In this document: in pieces, positions 18,008-29,341 of the stretch
Numbering within the stretch: position 1 is the stretch's first letter
Layout of the letters: the number at the start of each line of letters is the position of its first letter
DNA from: Williopsis jadinii
Taxonomy: Eukaryota
Reading direction: 5' to 3'
NCBI GenBank assembly: GCA_024346625.1
Contig: AP024666.1
Location: 186,001-250,000, forward strand
DNA length: 64,000 nucleotides
Translations under genes and position numbers: made by a program
Notes under the pieces: model-generated
Seen by the model: only the letters and a program-made list of their open reading frames with translations
Told to the model about the DNA's origin: nothing
Database searches by the model: none

Positions 18008-19408
18008 TTTTTTTTTGCATGTCAATGGCTGTCATGGTGATTCAATGTGTTGCACAACGACTAGTCATAAGAGCATAATCAACGAGCTCACACTTGAGAT
18101 ACACAGGTTAGATAAGTGCGTAGAAACTGGTTTAAGTGGTGCTTTAGAGGAGAACTGGTTTGGGTTCAATAGCGTAAGCTGATTTTGTTCTGGGACAGAT
18201 TCAGCCACTCTCAAGCGTGAAAACACATTATGATGGCTCATATGTCTCATTCGGTGTTGGTCCGTGGAAGCTTCAGGGTAAGGAGTCCATCCTTGTTGGT
18301 GAAGGTTGTGACTTCACCTCCCCTATGGACGTTAAATGTCTTGATTTGAAGGTAAAGTAAGGGTTTCCGCACTCACGAATGGAAGGACACAATGTTGCGC
18401 TCACAGACTACATAATGCGTTCTCTTTGAAGAGCCCTAATGTGTCCACAAGACACTTTGCAACGTTGTTGGACCTTCGAAATTGAAGGTGCAGAATGAGA
18501 GCTACTGGTTGAAATCACCGTTCGGTTAGTGTTGAATTCTCCATACTGTTGCAGATGTATCTCCATTCTCTACTGTATACTCTCGAAGCAATAGCTTATA
18601 AGCCGCATATCACTATCATCTGGATATTGACACATACAAAGTGTACGCATCAAGTGTCCATTCAACGTGCAAACAGTGACATGAGCGAACCTTCTGTCTA
18701 CGGAACAGATTGTCTACTGGCGGACGCTGACATCACATAAAACGTGTACGCTTCCTTGGCAAGTGGCGTACAACATGCGAATTAGACCAATTGGCTTATC
18801 ATTTGGACAGATTGCTTAATCTGTTAAGCAAAATTTGGAAAGAGAATACAAACGGGAAACTGGACTTCTCTAAGTAGATCAACAGAGAGGTGAATTCCCC
18901 AAAGAGAACTGTTCGACACGCTAACTTCTTCTCTATTAAACCAGGGACATGTACGGGTATCAATCTGCAAGGATAACAATCTTGATCAATCAAGATAACG
19001 CACTTCTACACTGTTAGACAAGATCCGAAAACTCGATAGGCTTGTCCATCTGAGTAGTATGAACATACACATTGTTTGTAGAATATCAAATTGGATCCGA
19101 AAAGGCACCCGTTTGACCGATTAAGCTGTTTAAGATGTGCGTATAACGTGTCCCGAAAGTAATATCGTGATGACGTCCCTGCTTACCTCCACTTTTTGCT
19201 GTAAATTACAGCGCATCATCGTACCGATTGGGGGTATCAAAATGGGGCTTAACTTTTCTGGAATACAGTGACGCTATCAAATGATAACTTTGTAGATTTT
19301 AAAATCGTATCAATTAATATAATTAGGTCTCAGTTGGACGCCATGTAACGCTCAAGTTTCCCACATCACGTCCTACTTATTAGATTCAAGACATCCCCCT
19401 CCTCGGAC

Positions 19409-19894
19409 TCAAGCCTTCAACAGCTCCTCAATTCTAGGCTCAATTGACTTTGGCTTGGTCAAGGATGAGAAACGCTCAACAACGTTACCCTCTTTGTCAA
19501 CGAGGAACTTCTCAAAGTTCCACTTGATGGCTTTGAAGCCAAGCAAACCCGGCTTCTCGGCCTTGATGTAGTTGTACACAGGGTCAGCGGTGGAACCGTT
19601 AACGTCAACCTTCTTCAGGACTGGGAAGGTGACACCGTAGTTGGACTTACAGAAGGATTGGATCTCCTCGTCTGTACCTGGCTCTTGACGGCCAAAGTTG
19701 TTCGAAGGGAAGCCTAGGATAACAAGACCTTGGTCGTGGTACTTCTTGTTCAACTCCTCCAACTCGGTGTACTGGGGAGTAAATCCACATTTCGACGCAA
19801 CGTTGACAATAAGCACAACTTTACCTTCCAATTGCGAGAATGGGAACGGATTGCCCTCGGCGTCTAATGGGGAAAGCTCGTAAAACTTGGACAT
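19409..19894 (-). CDS. GPX2: Glutathione peroxidase-like thiol peroxidase (Gpx2/Hyr1 family)
   Basis: VVLIVNVASKCGFTPQY, QEPG, IKWNFEKFLVD; near RRT2 as GPX2 is in S. cerevisiae; sequence alone does not separate GPX2 from HYR1. Confidence 0.85.
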   Translation of the reverse strand: MSKFYELSPLDAEGNPFPFSQLEGKVVLIVNVASKCGFTPQYTELEELNKKYHDQGLVILGFPSNNFGRQEPGTDEEIQSFCKSNYGVTFPVLKKVDVNGSTADPVYNYIKAEKPGLLGFKAIKWNFEKFLVDKEGNVVERFSSLTKPKSIEPRIEELLKA

Positions 19895-20140
19895 CTTTGG
19901 TTTACTTGGTTAAGCGAGATGAGGAAACAGCGGATAAGAGAAAGGACTTGACCCTCAAAGTGCTTCCCGTTTGTCTTATAAATAAATTTTTCCCCTTCGA
20001 TGTTTAAAGTTTTAAAGTCCGCGGGAGGCGCGCCTTTGCTGCAACTCGACTTTACACCGAGGATTAATTACCGTCTGATTTCAAATCACCTACAACAAGG
20101 CGTATGCTCATGGTAGTTTTAAAGGCTGGAACTCATCCCG

Positions 20141-21166
20141 TTATATATTGATTGGTTTTTGTAGGAGATGTCCCATTCTTTCAATTTTTGTTCTTAGGTA
20201 TCCATCCACCTCTTTACTCTTTATACCATCTTTGCCTCCATTCTTCCACGCGAGTGGAACCATTGGCACCCTTTCAACAACTTTGACGAGCTGATCCTTC
20301 CCTTCGACTGCAACAATCTTATCTGGATTGTTGGTGAGGAGCTTTATCTCATCGAGCCCTAGGTCTAGGAGTATAGCCGTTGCCAATGAAAACGATCTTG
20401 CATCTGCCGGATGTCTGAGGAGCAAGTTTGCCTGCACCGTATCAGCACCTAGATCTTGCAGGTTGTAGGCCTTCAGCTTCTCGCCCAATCCGATACCACG
20501 GCCTTCTTGTCTGAGATACACGATACACCCACGGCCAGCTTTCCCCATCAGACGTCCGGCCTCGTCAAACTGTTCACCACAGTCGCATCTTGCACTCCAA
20601 GCGGTTTCACCGGTGTAACATTCCGAATGGATTCTCACCAGTGTCGCTCTCTCTTCTGGCGATAGTTTAGGCTGTACGAGGAACCCATCGTCGTCGAACT
20701 GGGCTACCTCGCCTGTGACTTCATCCTTATCTGCCAGAGTACGTCCTGGTCGTAATCTACCGACATACGCGCCTCTTGTCATACGGTCGCTCTGTGTCTC
20801 GCCTTCACGGCGCCTAAACAGAGTCTTGGAGCGGATCTTTTCGCCAAACACGATCGCCAAATGCTCCTTATTATCAACATTGTTGGAATAGAGGTGTAGA
20901 AAGATCTCCTGTCCTTGTGTTGTTGGGATCCTTGCCCTTGCAACGCACTGGACCTCGGGTAATTTGGCCTCAGGAAGCAACTCTCTCTGTCTCGCAATGT
21001 GTTCAGTCTCAACAACAGGTACCCCCAGTGGTGTGGAAGGTACAGACTGTGTTGGAGAGATGTGTGGTGATATCACCGACAAATCAGTGAAGAGCTCCTC
21101 AGAGCTCTGGCTCGTCTTCTTCGCGGAGGCATGGATAGGCTGTGGTTGGGCAATAGGACTTGACAT
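20141..21166 (-). CDS. RIB1: GTP cyclohydrolase II (riboflavin biosynthesis)
   Basis: [53 protein letters not shown]. Confidence 0.96.
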   Translation of the reverse strand: MSSPIAQPQPIHASAKKTSQSSEELFTDLSVISPHISPTQSVPSTPLGVPVVETEHIARQRELLPEAKLPEVQCVARARIPTTQGQEIFLHLYSNNVDNKEHLAIVFGEKIRSKTLFRRREGETQSDRMTRGAYVGRLRPGRTLADKDEVTGEVAQFDDDGFLVQPKLSPEERATLVRIHSECYTGETAWSARCDCGEQFDEAGRLMGKAGRGCIVYLRQEGRGIGLGEKLKAYNLQDLGADTVQANLLLRHPADARSFSLATAILLDLGLDEIKLLTNNPDKIVAVEGKDQLVKVVERVPMVPLAWKNGGKDGIKSKEVDGYLRTKIERMGHLLQKPINI

Positions 21167-22096
21167 TGTTCACGGACAAAGACAGCGGACGTATCTATAA
21201 GAGCACTGCGGTCTGTGGAGACTTAAATCAGGTGAAAACCAGCGGCAAGCGTTAGGCGGCAAGTAAAACCAATCTTCCTTCTCTAAACCAAATGGTGATG
21301 TCCTTCAAGGCAATGTCTTTTCCCGCTTTCTCGGTGTGTGAGTCGCCCTCCTTTTCGGTTTTTTTCGCTTTTTGTGTGTGTCTTCTTCTCGTCCTCTCCA
21401 GTTTTCGCTAGAGCGCCGGTGATTTACGTTGGTGGGGGGAGAGGATGTCCGGAATGAAAGTTCAAAGAGGAAAACTGTGGCGTTCTTCTGAGGTGGTGCT
21501 TTTTTCCGATTTGGGATCGACAGACACTGATTTTTATACCAGGTTGAGGTGGTCAGTGGGAGGAGAGAACAATACGCAAGGAACAGAAGACTCTTTTCAG
21601 TGTGATGCTCCTCAGCATGCTGTTCACGTGTTGCTGACATATTCCACATGCTGGCACCACCATTTCCCTTTTTTTCGTATTCAATTGCGCGTAGTGTAGT
21701 GCTGAGAAGACACCTACTAGGCAATGACTAAGACGCGTATAAGCGTATTAGTAATAGCCATAGCACATCAACAGCCAGTGTCCGCCATGACGTGCGAGTA
21801 CACTTGTGCGGGACTTGTTTTTTTTTGGTGCGTGTGTCTAATGTGTGTTTTTGCCTTGCCCAAGCACCAAAGCGGTTGAGTTGAGAGGTGCACACAGTCC
21901 GCTTGTTGATGATGCTGAGGTGATCCTTTCCATGGTTGTGAAAAGCAGAAGCTGCCCTCAGTCTCTCGCCGTCCGCGTCTCGCTGCTCTCCTTGTCGCCA
22001 GTCCCCGAGACCGAGCCACTGGGAATCGCAGCAAACTGACACAGCGCTCAAATCGCAGTTGCTCGAACCTACAACAACCAACGAGAAAGGAACGAA

Positions 22097-22609
22097 ATGA
22101 GCGTTATGCCACCACTCACACGTAAACAGATACTCATAGGCTCGGGACTCGTTCTCTCCACAGCACTTGTTGGAGCCAGGAACTTTTGGTGGAAGACGCA
22201 GACCGTTGTTGAGCCACCGCAAACTACGAAACAGGGCAATAGGATCTTCCTGCCAGTGAGATTCGAAAACGAGGTGGATGACCTGTTGCTCATAAAGAGA
22301 CCGCTGCTGTTGAACTTCACCATCAGAGGAGACCCGTATTGCAACAAGGTCACAGGCGCGCTACAGAGAATCGTTGCGTATGAAACGGACAAGAGGGTTA
22401 ACATGGTTGATATAGAGGCGGACTTCCCAGAGACCAGGGATCTGGTACCAAGATTTGGGGTCAGGAACGTGCCAACCATCGTCGCCGTGAGAAAGACGTT
22501 CCCTGTTGATTACTACGTGGATACGAACCTGCTGAATGACCCGGAAGGCGAACCTGATTGGGCGAAACTGAAGGAGTTCGTCGAAAGAAATGCAGACCCC
22601 GCTGAGTAG
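22097..22609 (+). CDS. Thioredoxin-fold protein with an atypical active site and a probable mitochondrial/membrane targeting N-terminus
   Basis: PLLLNFTIRGDPYCNKV in place of WCxxC; FGVRNVPTIVAV cis-Pro loop. Confidence 0.7.
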   Translation: MSVMPPLTRKQILIGSGLVLSTALVGARNFWWKTQTVVEPPQTTKQGNRIFLPVRFENEVDDLLLIKRPLLLNFTIRGDPYCNKVTGALQRIVAYETDKRVNMVDIEADFPETRDLVPRFGVRNVPTIVAVRKTFPVDYYVDTNLLNDPEGEPDWAKLKEFVERNADPAE

Positions 22610-22627
22610 TAGTTAGCTCTATCCAAG

Positions 22628-23767
22628 TCAATCGCTGTCGCTGGACGTCTGTTCATCTCTCTGGTCTGGCGACCAGATGTGTACAACACCATCGTAGAAA
22701 CTGCACGTAGCGACCTTATCGCCTTGAGGACTCCAGTCACACCCGTAAACCATGGATTCGTGTGACCCCTTGTAATACCGAAGCACCTGTACTTGCTTGC
22801 TTTCATCCTCCTTAGAGCACAAGATACGCGCGCCATCATACATGCAACATGTCAGTAGCCTATTATCGCCTGGGGTGGGACTAGGAGCAAATCTCCAAAC
22901 ACCACCACCCAGGTCCATCTTGTCTCGTATACGAGGGGGGATCCCCTGCAGCAGTCCAACATCAGGTGTAACCCTGAGATCCAATAGGCGCACATTATCG
23001 TCATAGGAACCTGTCCATAAAGAATATGGCTTGTGCTCTAGCCATGATCCTTTGCCGTGATGGTTCCCAGGCTGGGAGGTTTGAATGGCAGTGACTCCAG
23101 CGTCGTGAAGCCGTCTAGTTTCGAAAATTGCCGTGCTTGAAGGTTCTCTAAGATCATGTGCCTTGAGGAAACCATCATCTCCTCCAGTGAATATCACGTT
23201 GGAGAGCTCTGCCATGTGACCAAAGGCACCAGTCCATGCCTGCAATTCATGTGAAGATGTGAAAAACTGTGGAGTTGAACAACCGTTAGAGCTGGCTTGA
23301 ACAACTGCAACTGAGCCATCAGTCGCGGTCAATAGCAGCTGGCCTCTCTTGATAAAAGATGTGATAACAGATGTTATCAAAACGTCTTCTTCTTCTTCCA
23401 ATATCTGCTCCTTGTGAAGCCTTTCCATGTGTCTGGACTCGAGGTCAAACCTCCATATCTGTAAATCACCGGTTGAATGTGCAGTATACACAATTGAATC
23501 GTCAAACGGACAGAACTTCAAGTCTAGAACGGCACCATCAGTGTTAAACGATTCTAGATGTTTGAATTTATCATCGCCATTCACATGATAGAGCTCAATG
23601 GTACCTGTTCTGGATCGATCATCTTGCAGTTTATAAGTACCCAATAGAATCAAGGAGGAGTCTAGTGGGTGGTACCTTAGAGCACATGGAGGTAGTTCGG
23701 TTTTCGTATATGCAATGGATTGAGCACGTGGATATTCTTCAAAATCTTCCTCTGCAGCTTCTGACAT
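22628..23767 (-). CDS. RRT2: Diphthine methylesterase WD40 protein Dph7/Rrt2
   Basis: TELPPC...LGTYKL, GAVLDLKF, HELQAW, TGGDDG, TGSYDD, LGGGVWR, HESMVYG, ATCSFYD; RRPE-like TGAAAATTTTTT upstream near 23836. Confidence 0.92.
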   Translation of the reverse strand: MSEAAEEDFEEYPRAQSIAYTKTELPPCALRYHPLDSSLILLGTYKLQDDRSRTGTIELYHVNGDDKFKHLESFNTDGAVLDLKFCPFDDSIVYTAHSTGDLQIWRFDLESRHMERLHKEQILEEEEDVLITSVITSFIKRGQLLLTATDGSVAVVQASSNGCSTPQFFTSSHELQAWTGAFGHMAELSNVIFTGGDDGFLKAHDLREPSSTAIFETRRLHDAGVTAIQTSQPGNHHGKGSWLEHKPYSLWTGSYDDNVRLLDLRVTPDVGLLQGIPPRIRDKMDLGGGVWRFAPSPTPGDNRLLTCCMYDGARILCSKEDESKQVQVLRYYKGSHESMVYGCDWSPQGDKVATCSFYDGVVHIWSPDQRDEQTSSDSD

Positions 23768-24069
23768 GGTCTTGGAATAACAACTATGGGCAGCTTCTCA
23801 GACGAGTTGTGTCATGTCAAAGTCATCGGGGAAGTTGAAAATTTTTTGTTGCGGTGACTGAAAACCCTTACATTGATCATGACGATTATAGCAAAACATT
23901 GGCTCAGGCATCAATTGCTCACGATTCTAGATTCATGGTTCATACTTGTTTGCTCAATGTGAATAGAAAAAAGCGTATTTCTACCAGCGCTATCGATATA
24001 TCAGCATTGTTAGCGGTTGCCCATAAGCTGAAGGTGCCCTTTGACACATTGAAAAAAAATAAAGAAGAG

Positions 24070-24142
24070 TGCCCCACGTGGGGCTCGAACCCACAACCGT
24101 ACGATTAAGAGTCGTAAGCGCTACCGATTGCGCCAGCGAGGC
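24070..24142 (-). tRNA. tRNA-Lys(CTT)
   Basis: Reverse complement GCCTCGCTGGCGCAATCGGTAGCGC-TTACGACTCTTAATCGTA-CGGTTGTGGGTTCGAGCCCCACGTGGGGCA; T-run terminator on the minus strand. Confidence 0.95.
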
Positions 24143-25899
24143 CCTTTCTTGTTTTCGTAGTTTTTCCGGTTTTTCCAGTTTTTTCGAATTTTTCCGCTTC
24201 TCCTGATTAGTCAAATTAGTGTACAGAGCTGAAAAGCACAAAAATATATTGCACAAGTTTATTATGTCAATAAACGTAATGATCTTATGACTTTTAACTA
24301 GTTGTTATAGATTGTTTATGTTATTTGGGTACTTTTTCTACGGAATATTTGTAATATTCTTGGAATTTTTAATATCATAATTTTTGAATTATTATCTTGG
24401 TGGAAGTTTCTAGTTAGATTTCCTGATAGAAAATGAATATACAATAATTTTTTGAAAATTCTTAATTTCAAGATCATAACATCATCGATGATAATTTAAA
24501 GGTACTTTTCACGATTGACTTTCTTATATAATCATATCCACATATTAGCGGTATTTCATAACTTCGGAAGCATCCAAAAAGGAATCCTATGTAGTTTAAC
24601 GACAACTCACAAATTTAATGCACATGTATGCGTTGGCTCGAATTCTTTCAGCCATCACCAAGTTGAAAAAAGAACCAATGTGGATCGAAAGCCTCGGGAA
24701 ATTGTAGATCTTATCAAAACCTCTGTTGAACAACCGTGTAAACTTTGTCCATTGACAGCAGTGCATTTGATGGCCCTCTTTATCAAGGGAAGATCTAGGG
24801 GATAATATTAAACGACAGTCAACACTACATTCGAGCATGGGATAACACGTTATATCTTGATCTTTTGTCAAGACCTCTATAGCCCAATCTCCTCCGGAAA
24901 GTTTTTACAGTGCACCGTCATGAGTCGGTAACGTGTAATGAAGGCAAAACAGACTAACGTTACTTCCACTTCATCCAAGACGTTCTGCTTTAATGATGCA
25001 TATGACACAGCTGTTGCATCGAGTGAGAGATCACCGTTTAGGTTTAGTTCTGCCAAATATTTCAGCCTTAGGACGACATTAAAAGCTGACTAGTCTTTTT
25101 TGTGATCATTTGGCATCACCATCGAGTTCCTTTAAAGTGTTCTTTATTGCCGAGATCTGATCATCTTCCATGTCTTTGGAGACAAACTGTTCCTAAACTC
25201 AAAAATCGTGGTGGACCGTCATCCACAGCTAAAAGACCTTTTTGGCTTGAAGTGTTATCTTTCAATTCTGTGATGGGTATAAGCAATAGTTCCAAAAGAT
25301 TCAACGGATCTATACACCTGGCCCGTATCTCAATTCACAAAGAACTCTATGACATGGAAGAAAAGAAGGGTATTTTGTCCATATTTTCTGGGGACCGCTG
25401 AGAATTCAAAGTTTGTCCGCAGCCTCGTAAAGTTGGGTGGGTATGACAGAAAGATTTTCCCCACTCGCGTAAACGAGATTTGACACAAATAAAGGGAGAA
25501 ATTTAAAATTTCCAACCGTCCTCAAAACTTTATACGGTGATCACCAGTACTTCCCACAAACGTCCGATCGTTACGGAGACAGAGAGAGGAAAAAAAACAG
25601 GACAGTTCACTGAGGGGAGCTAGTCATTACTTCGCAGGGGGAAAAGTCCTAAGAGACATAGAAGCTGCGGATTTCCATTGTTAAGTCCCGTCCCATCCCT
25701 TTGTCTCATTTTGCATTCATCTATATTGTTATTAAAGTAAACGGCGGAGAAAAAGCAACATTAAACACTGTGTTCGTCTCATACCAGCACACCCACGTTT
25801 TACACATTTGTCCCATCGCACATATAATTCCAGTTGCCTATCCTGAGATCACTCTGCGCTATAAGGAAACCATTGCACACGGAGACAGAGGACATAGCC

Positions 25900-27117
25900 A
25901 TGGAATTGAAACACAGACACGTCAAACCTTCAAACCAGGATACGAACGATGTAAACACCAGACCGGACAGGGCACTGTCCAATGAATTGAAGGACATTGC
26001 GCCAGAAAAAGTCCCATCGGTCAACGGCGTGAAGTTTGCGCCGTTGTCGAGACCCCTACACAGACGGTTAGAAACAGCTGCTGTGCTATGGCACACAGTG
26101 TCGATTCCGGTATTCATCACGATGTTCTTTGTACTATTGGCCATCCCGATATTTTGGATCTTCATGGTGCCCTACATCATATACTGGATCATGGACAAAT
26201 CGTCGTCTAATGGAAGCGTTGTGTCGAGATACTCCGATAGGATGAGAAACTTGGAGATTTGGCAGCATTTCTGTAATTTCTTCCCCTTGACCCTATACAA
26301 AACCGCTGATATCCAGCCAACGTGGACAGAGGAGGAAGTGACGGATGAGTATCACACGTTTCTGTGGTTTAGATGGAAGAGAAAGCCGTATAAAAAGCTG
26401 GTGGCTACTGGTCCACAGTACATCTTTGCTTTGCACCCTCATGGCGTGGTGTCAATATCAGGGTTTGGCGGTATTGGCACTAACGGTGCTGGTTGGAACG
26501 TTCTGTTCCCAGGAATCAAGCCGTGTATGCTCACGCTGATAAACCAATTCTATGTTCCCTTTTACAGAGACTATCTTATGTCCATGGGGATAACGTCTTC
26601 AAGCAGAAAGAATGCACTGAGGATCCTAGAACAACACTACTCTGTGGGGATTGTTGTTGGTGGTGCACAGGAATCCCTGCTTGCAAGACCTGGGTCCAAC
26701 GATATAGTCTTGGCCAAGAGAAAGGGATTCATCAAGTTGGCATTGGAAACGGGGAATACGGGGGTGGTGCCCTGTTATTGCTTTGGAGAGAACGACCTGT
26801 ACAACGTGGTGAATCCAGGCGAGGAGTCTTGGGGAAGATCGCTGCAATTTTGGCTGAAGAGAAACTTTGGCTTCACAATCCCATTCTTCCACGCGAGAGG
26901 AATATTTAACTACGATTTTGGATTGCTACCATGGAGAAGAAGGGTGACAATAGTTGTTGGAAAACCAATAATGTTACCACATTCACCAAATCCAAATAAA
27001 GTATTGGTTGATCATTATCATAAGCTCTACGTTGAAGCCCTGGAAAAATTGTTTGATGAACATAAAGGTGAGCTCTTGGAGAACGGATCCGAAAAACAGC
27101 TGAATATTGTCGAATGA
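25900..27117 (+). CDS. DGA1: Diacylglycerol O-acyltransferase (DGAT2)
   Basis: FAPL..PLHRRLET, YIFALHPHG, IVVGGAQESL, RKGFIKLAL, FGENDLY, RGIFNYDFGLLP; first ATG at 25900. Confidence 0.95.
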   Translation: MELKHRHVKPSNQDTNDVNTRPDRALSNELKDIAPEKVPSVNGVKFAPLSRPLHRRLETAAVLWHTVSIPVFITMFFVLLAIPIFWIFMVPYIIYWIMDKSSSNGSVVSRYSDRMRNLEIWQHFCNFFPLTLYKTADIQPTWTEEEVTDEYHTFLWFRWKRKPYKKLVATGPQYIFALHPHGVVSISGFGGIGTNGAGWNVLFPGIKPCMLTLINQFYVPFYRDYLMSMGITSSSRKNALRILEQHYSVGIVVGGAQESLLARPGSNDIVLAKRKGFIKLALETGNTGVVPCYCFGENDLYNVVNPGEESWGRSLQFWLKRNFGFTIPFFHARGIFNYDFGLLPWRRRVTIVVGKPIMLPHSPNPNKVLVDHYHKLYVEALEKLFDEHKGELLENGSEKQLNIVE

Positions 27118-27207
27118 AATCATCACAGTTATATCTTGTTATGGTACACTTGTCCAGTCACTTTCTTGTATCCTTCTTTTACTCTCATGTATTAATACAT
27201 GTGGTTA

Positions 27208-29040
27208 TTATTCGCCCTTCTTTATGGCGGAGCTCAACTCTTCAGTTAGAAGATCTGCTTTCACATCAACATCGTGTGAGTTGTCATGAGCACCTGCGGA
27301 AAATTCGATATCGTCCAATGACATGTCTCCCTCATCAGTGACCATCTTCTTTGCAGGGAGCTTAGAGGCATGTGATCTAGTCATTCTAGCTATATGGTAA
27401 TTTGCAGGTGTCACACCATGATTTTGTGCCTTTGATTCCATAGGCCTTATGATGGAATCAGGAACCATAACCCGCCCTAATTTACAAACCTGATTTGCCC
27501 AATTCTTCACCTCATTGGAAGGGTTCTTCAAAGGCTTCCAATTGGGACGACATCCTTTGATCAGCTCCTTTATAACGTCCGAATGGCCCCAGCCTGATTC
27601 CCAACTCTGTCTCTGGAATCCAACTAGATGCGAAAACACACCGGATGTTAGCGCACCGTCTGAGTAACCACCTTCTAGCAATGACAGTACAGTTCCGTTG
27701 CACTGTTTATTAGCCAATTTTACGGCATCAGATGTAAATTTCGAATAGAAAGACGTCGGAACGTGGACACCGTGTCGTTGCATTGTTTGAACTTCGTATT
27801 CGGAGGCATCGAACCCAGCACTGATGACGACAAATGCCTTGAACGGTGGGATCTGATGTCTCGGACTCTTTATCTTCTCATTTTGTCGTACCAGGTCCTC
27901 ATGCTCCCTTCTCGCATTTGTAAGGTATTCATCAGCCTTTTGTAACAAGATGCTATATTTTGTTTGGTATAGCTTGTAAAAATCTTCTTCAGTGGTATAA
28001 GGTTGTAAGTGGACATTCCAGATGTTCAAATCATGAGCCATAATACATGTCGACGCGTTCTTGATATTTGTTGGTATGGCATATCCCAACTCTGTGGGGA
28101 AAGAGTTGATGTCATGAAGCGAGAAATATCCAACTTTTGGTGTATTGGCATCTTTTTTAGTATGTTCATCTGGGTCGTCATCTCCCTCTTCGTAGCCAGC
28201 AGAAATTTCACCAAAATCAGGCTCAAAACCCGCCTTTTGCCAGCAGATATCCTGAGAACCATCACCATGGTGTAAATCAAAGTCCAGAATAACAGCATGC
28301 GTAACACCTTGTGTCATTGCTGCGTACTCAATGGCAATGTGCGCGTTGTTTATCAGACAAAACCCAGAAGGCACACATGGGTGGCTATGGTGTCCTGGAG
28401 GTCTAATGGCGACAAACGCCCTTCTGGGTGTTTCATCGTCATCTTTAAAGATCGAATCTATAGCGGTTTCCACCGCACCAATAACACCTGTCAAAGCATC
28501 CAGCGAAGTCTTTGTCAAGTAAATGTCACCGCTATTCCAACCATCTGGAACTTCAATTTCACCTTTCTTCAACTTTTCTTCACTCTCGACGCAGATCTTT
28601 TCGATGTCACCAGGCCAGTTCTTTCCATGGATCTTCAGCACATGTGGACTCGTCAAGGGAGATCTCTTTGTCGACGACATTAGCGTGTAATGTGCAGGGT
28701 ACATAGAGATCGCTGCAGCTATCCCCATAGACGATGCGAGTAACCTCTGTGGTCGCTCCACAATGGTTGACAGGTACGTCTTCGTCACCCAGTGTCTGCC
28801 AAACGAGTGTTTAGTGGATAAGGGTGATAGCACAACCAACGTCTTGCTCTTGTTCGGAATGAAGGTGGAATTCGTAACGATTTGAGGGTTTCTAGAGAGA
28901 AACTCAATGAACTCCTGTTTGAAGTCATGAAGCATGTCGTCCTGCTCGTCATTGACGTGATAGACGCTGTTGTCAGAGATCTCCAAGTTGGACAACACTT
29001 GAGATATCGCTTCATCTTCTGCTGTAGTCGTTCCTGACAT
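27208..29040 (-). CDS. HOS3: Histone deacetylase Hos3
   Basis: IVERPQRL, IRPPGHH, GFCLINNAH, LDFDLHHGDGSQDI, ISAGFDASE, LEGGYS; near BEM3 and IDI1. Confidence 0.93.
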   Translation of the reverse strand: MSGTTTAEDEAISQVLSNLEISDNSVYHVNDEQDDMLHDFKQEFIEFLSRNPQIVTNSTFIPNKSKTLVVLSPLSTKHSFGRHWVTKTYLSTIVERPQRLLASSMGIAAAISMYPAHYTLMSSTKRSPLTSPHVLKIHGKNWPGDIEKICVESEEKLKKGEIEVPDGWNSGDIYLTKTSLDALTGVIGAVETAIDSIFKDDDETPRRAFVAIRPPGHHSHPCVPSGFCLINNAHIAIEYAAMTQGVTHAVILDFDLHHGDGSQDICWQKAGFEPDFGEISAGYEEGDDDPDEHTKKDANTPKVGYFSLHDINSFPTELGYAIPTNIKNASTCIMAHDLNIWNVHLQPYTTEEDFYKLYQTKYSILLQKADEYLTNARREHEDLVRQNEKIKSPRHQIPPFKAFVVISAGFDASEYEVQTMQRHGVHVPTSFYSKFTSDAVKLANKQCNGTVLSLLEGGYSDGALTSGVFSHLVGFQRQSWESGWGHSDVIKELIKGCRPNWKPLKNPSNEVKNWANQVCKLGRVMVPDSIIRPMESKAQNHGVTPANYHIARMTRSHASKLPAKKMVTDEGDMSLDDIEFSAGAHDNSHDVDVKADLLTEELSSAIKKGE

Positions 29041-29341
29041 CTTTGAGGGTCGTATACACTGGCGGGTTGTTTCTCTGGGTTATGTCTCAGAGAAGCTTTG
29101 TTTATTTACGTTTTTTGTGCTTGTCCGAATCACCGGGGATACGCACCGTTGCCCCCCTGCGGTTCAGAAGTTGCGTTTGTTGCCATGGAGATTTCTTTAT
29201 GCCTATGAACTCTTACAACGATGAGAGGGTTCCCGTTTTATTCTTAGTTATATTAAGGGAACAAGGAAGTAAACACGGAAGGAGAAAGAACAAATAGTAC
29301 ATATATGTGTCGTGGTAGTTTCAAATTCATTAGAGGAGGAT

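Noticed and set aside
24303..24481. Intact solo LTR
   Set aside because: Only 179 bp between the TGTTAT/ATAACA termini and no matching target-site duplication (CTAGT versus TCATC)
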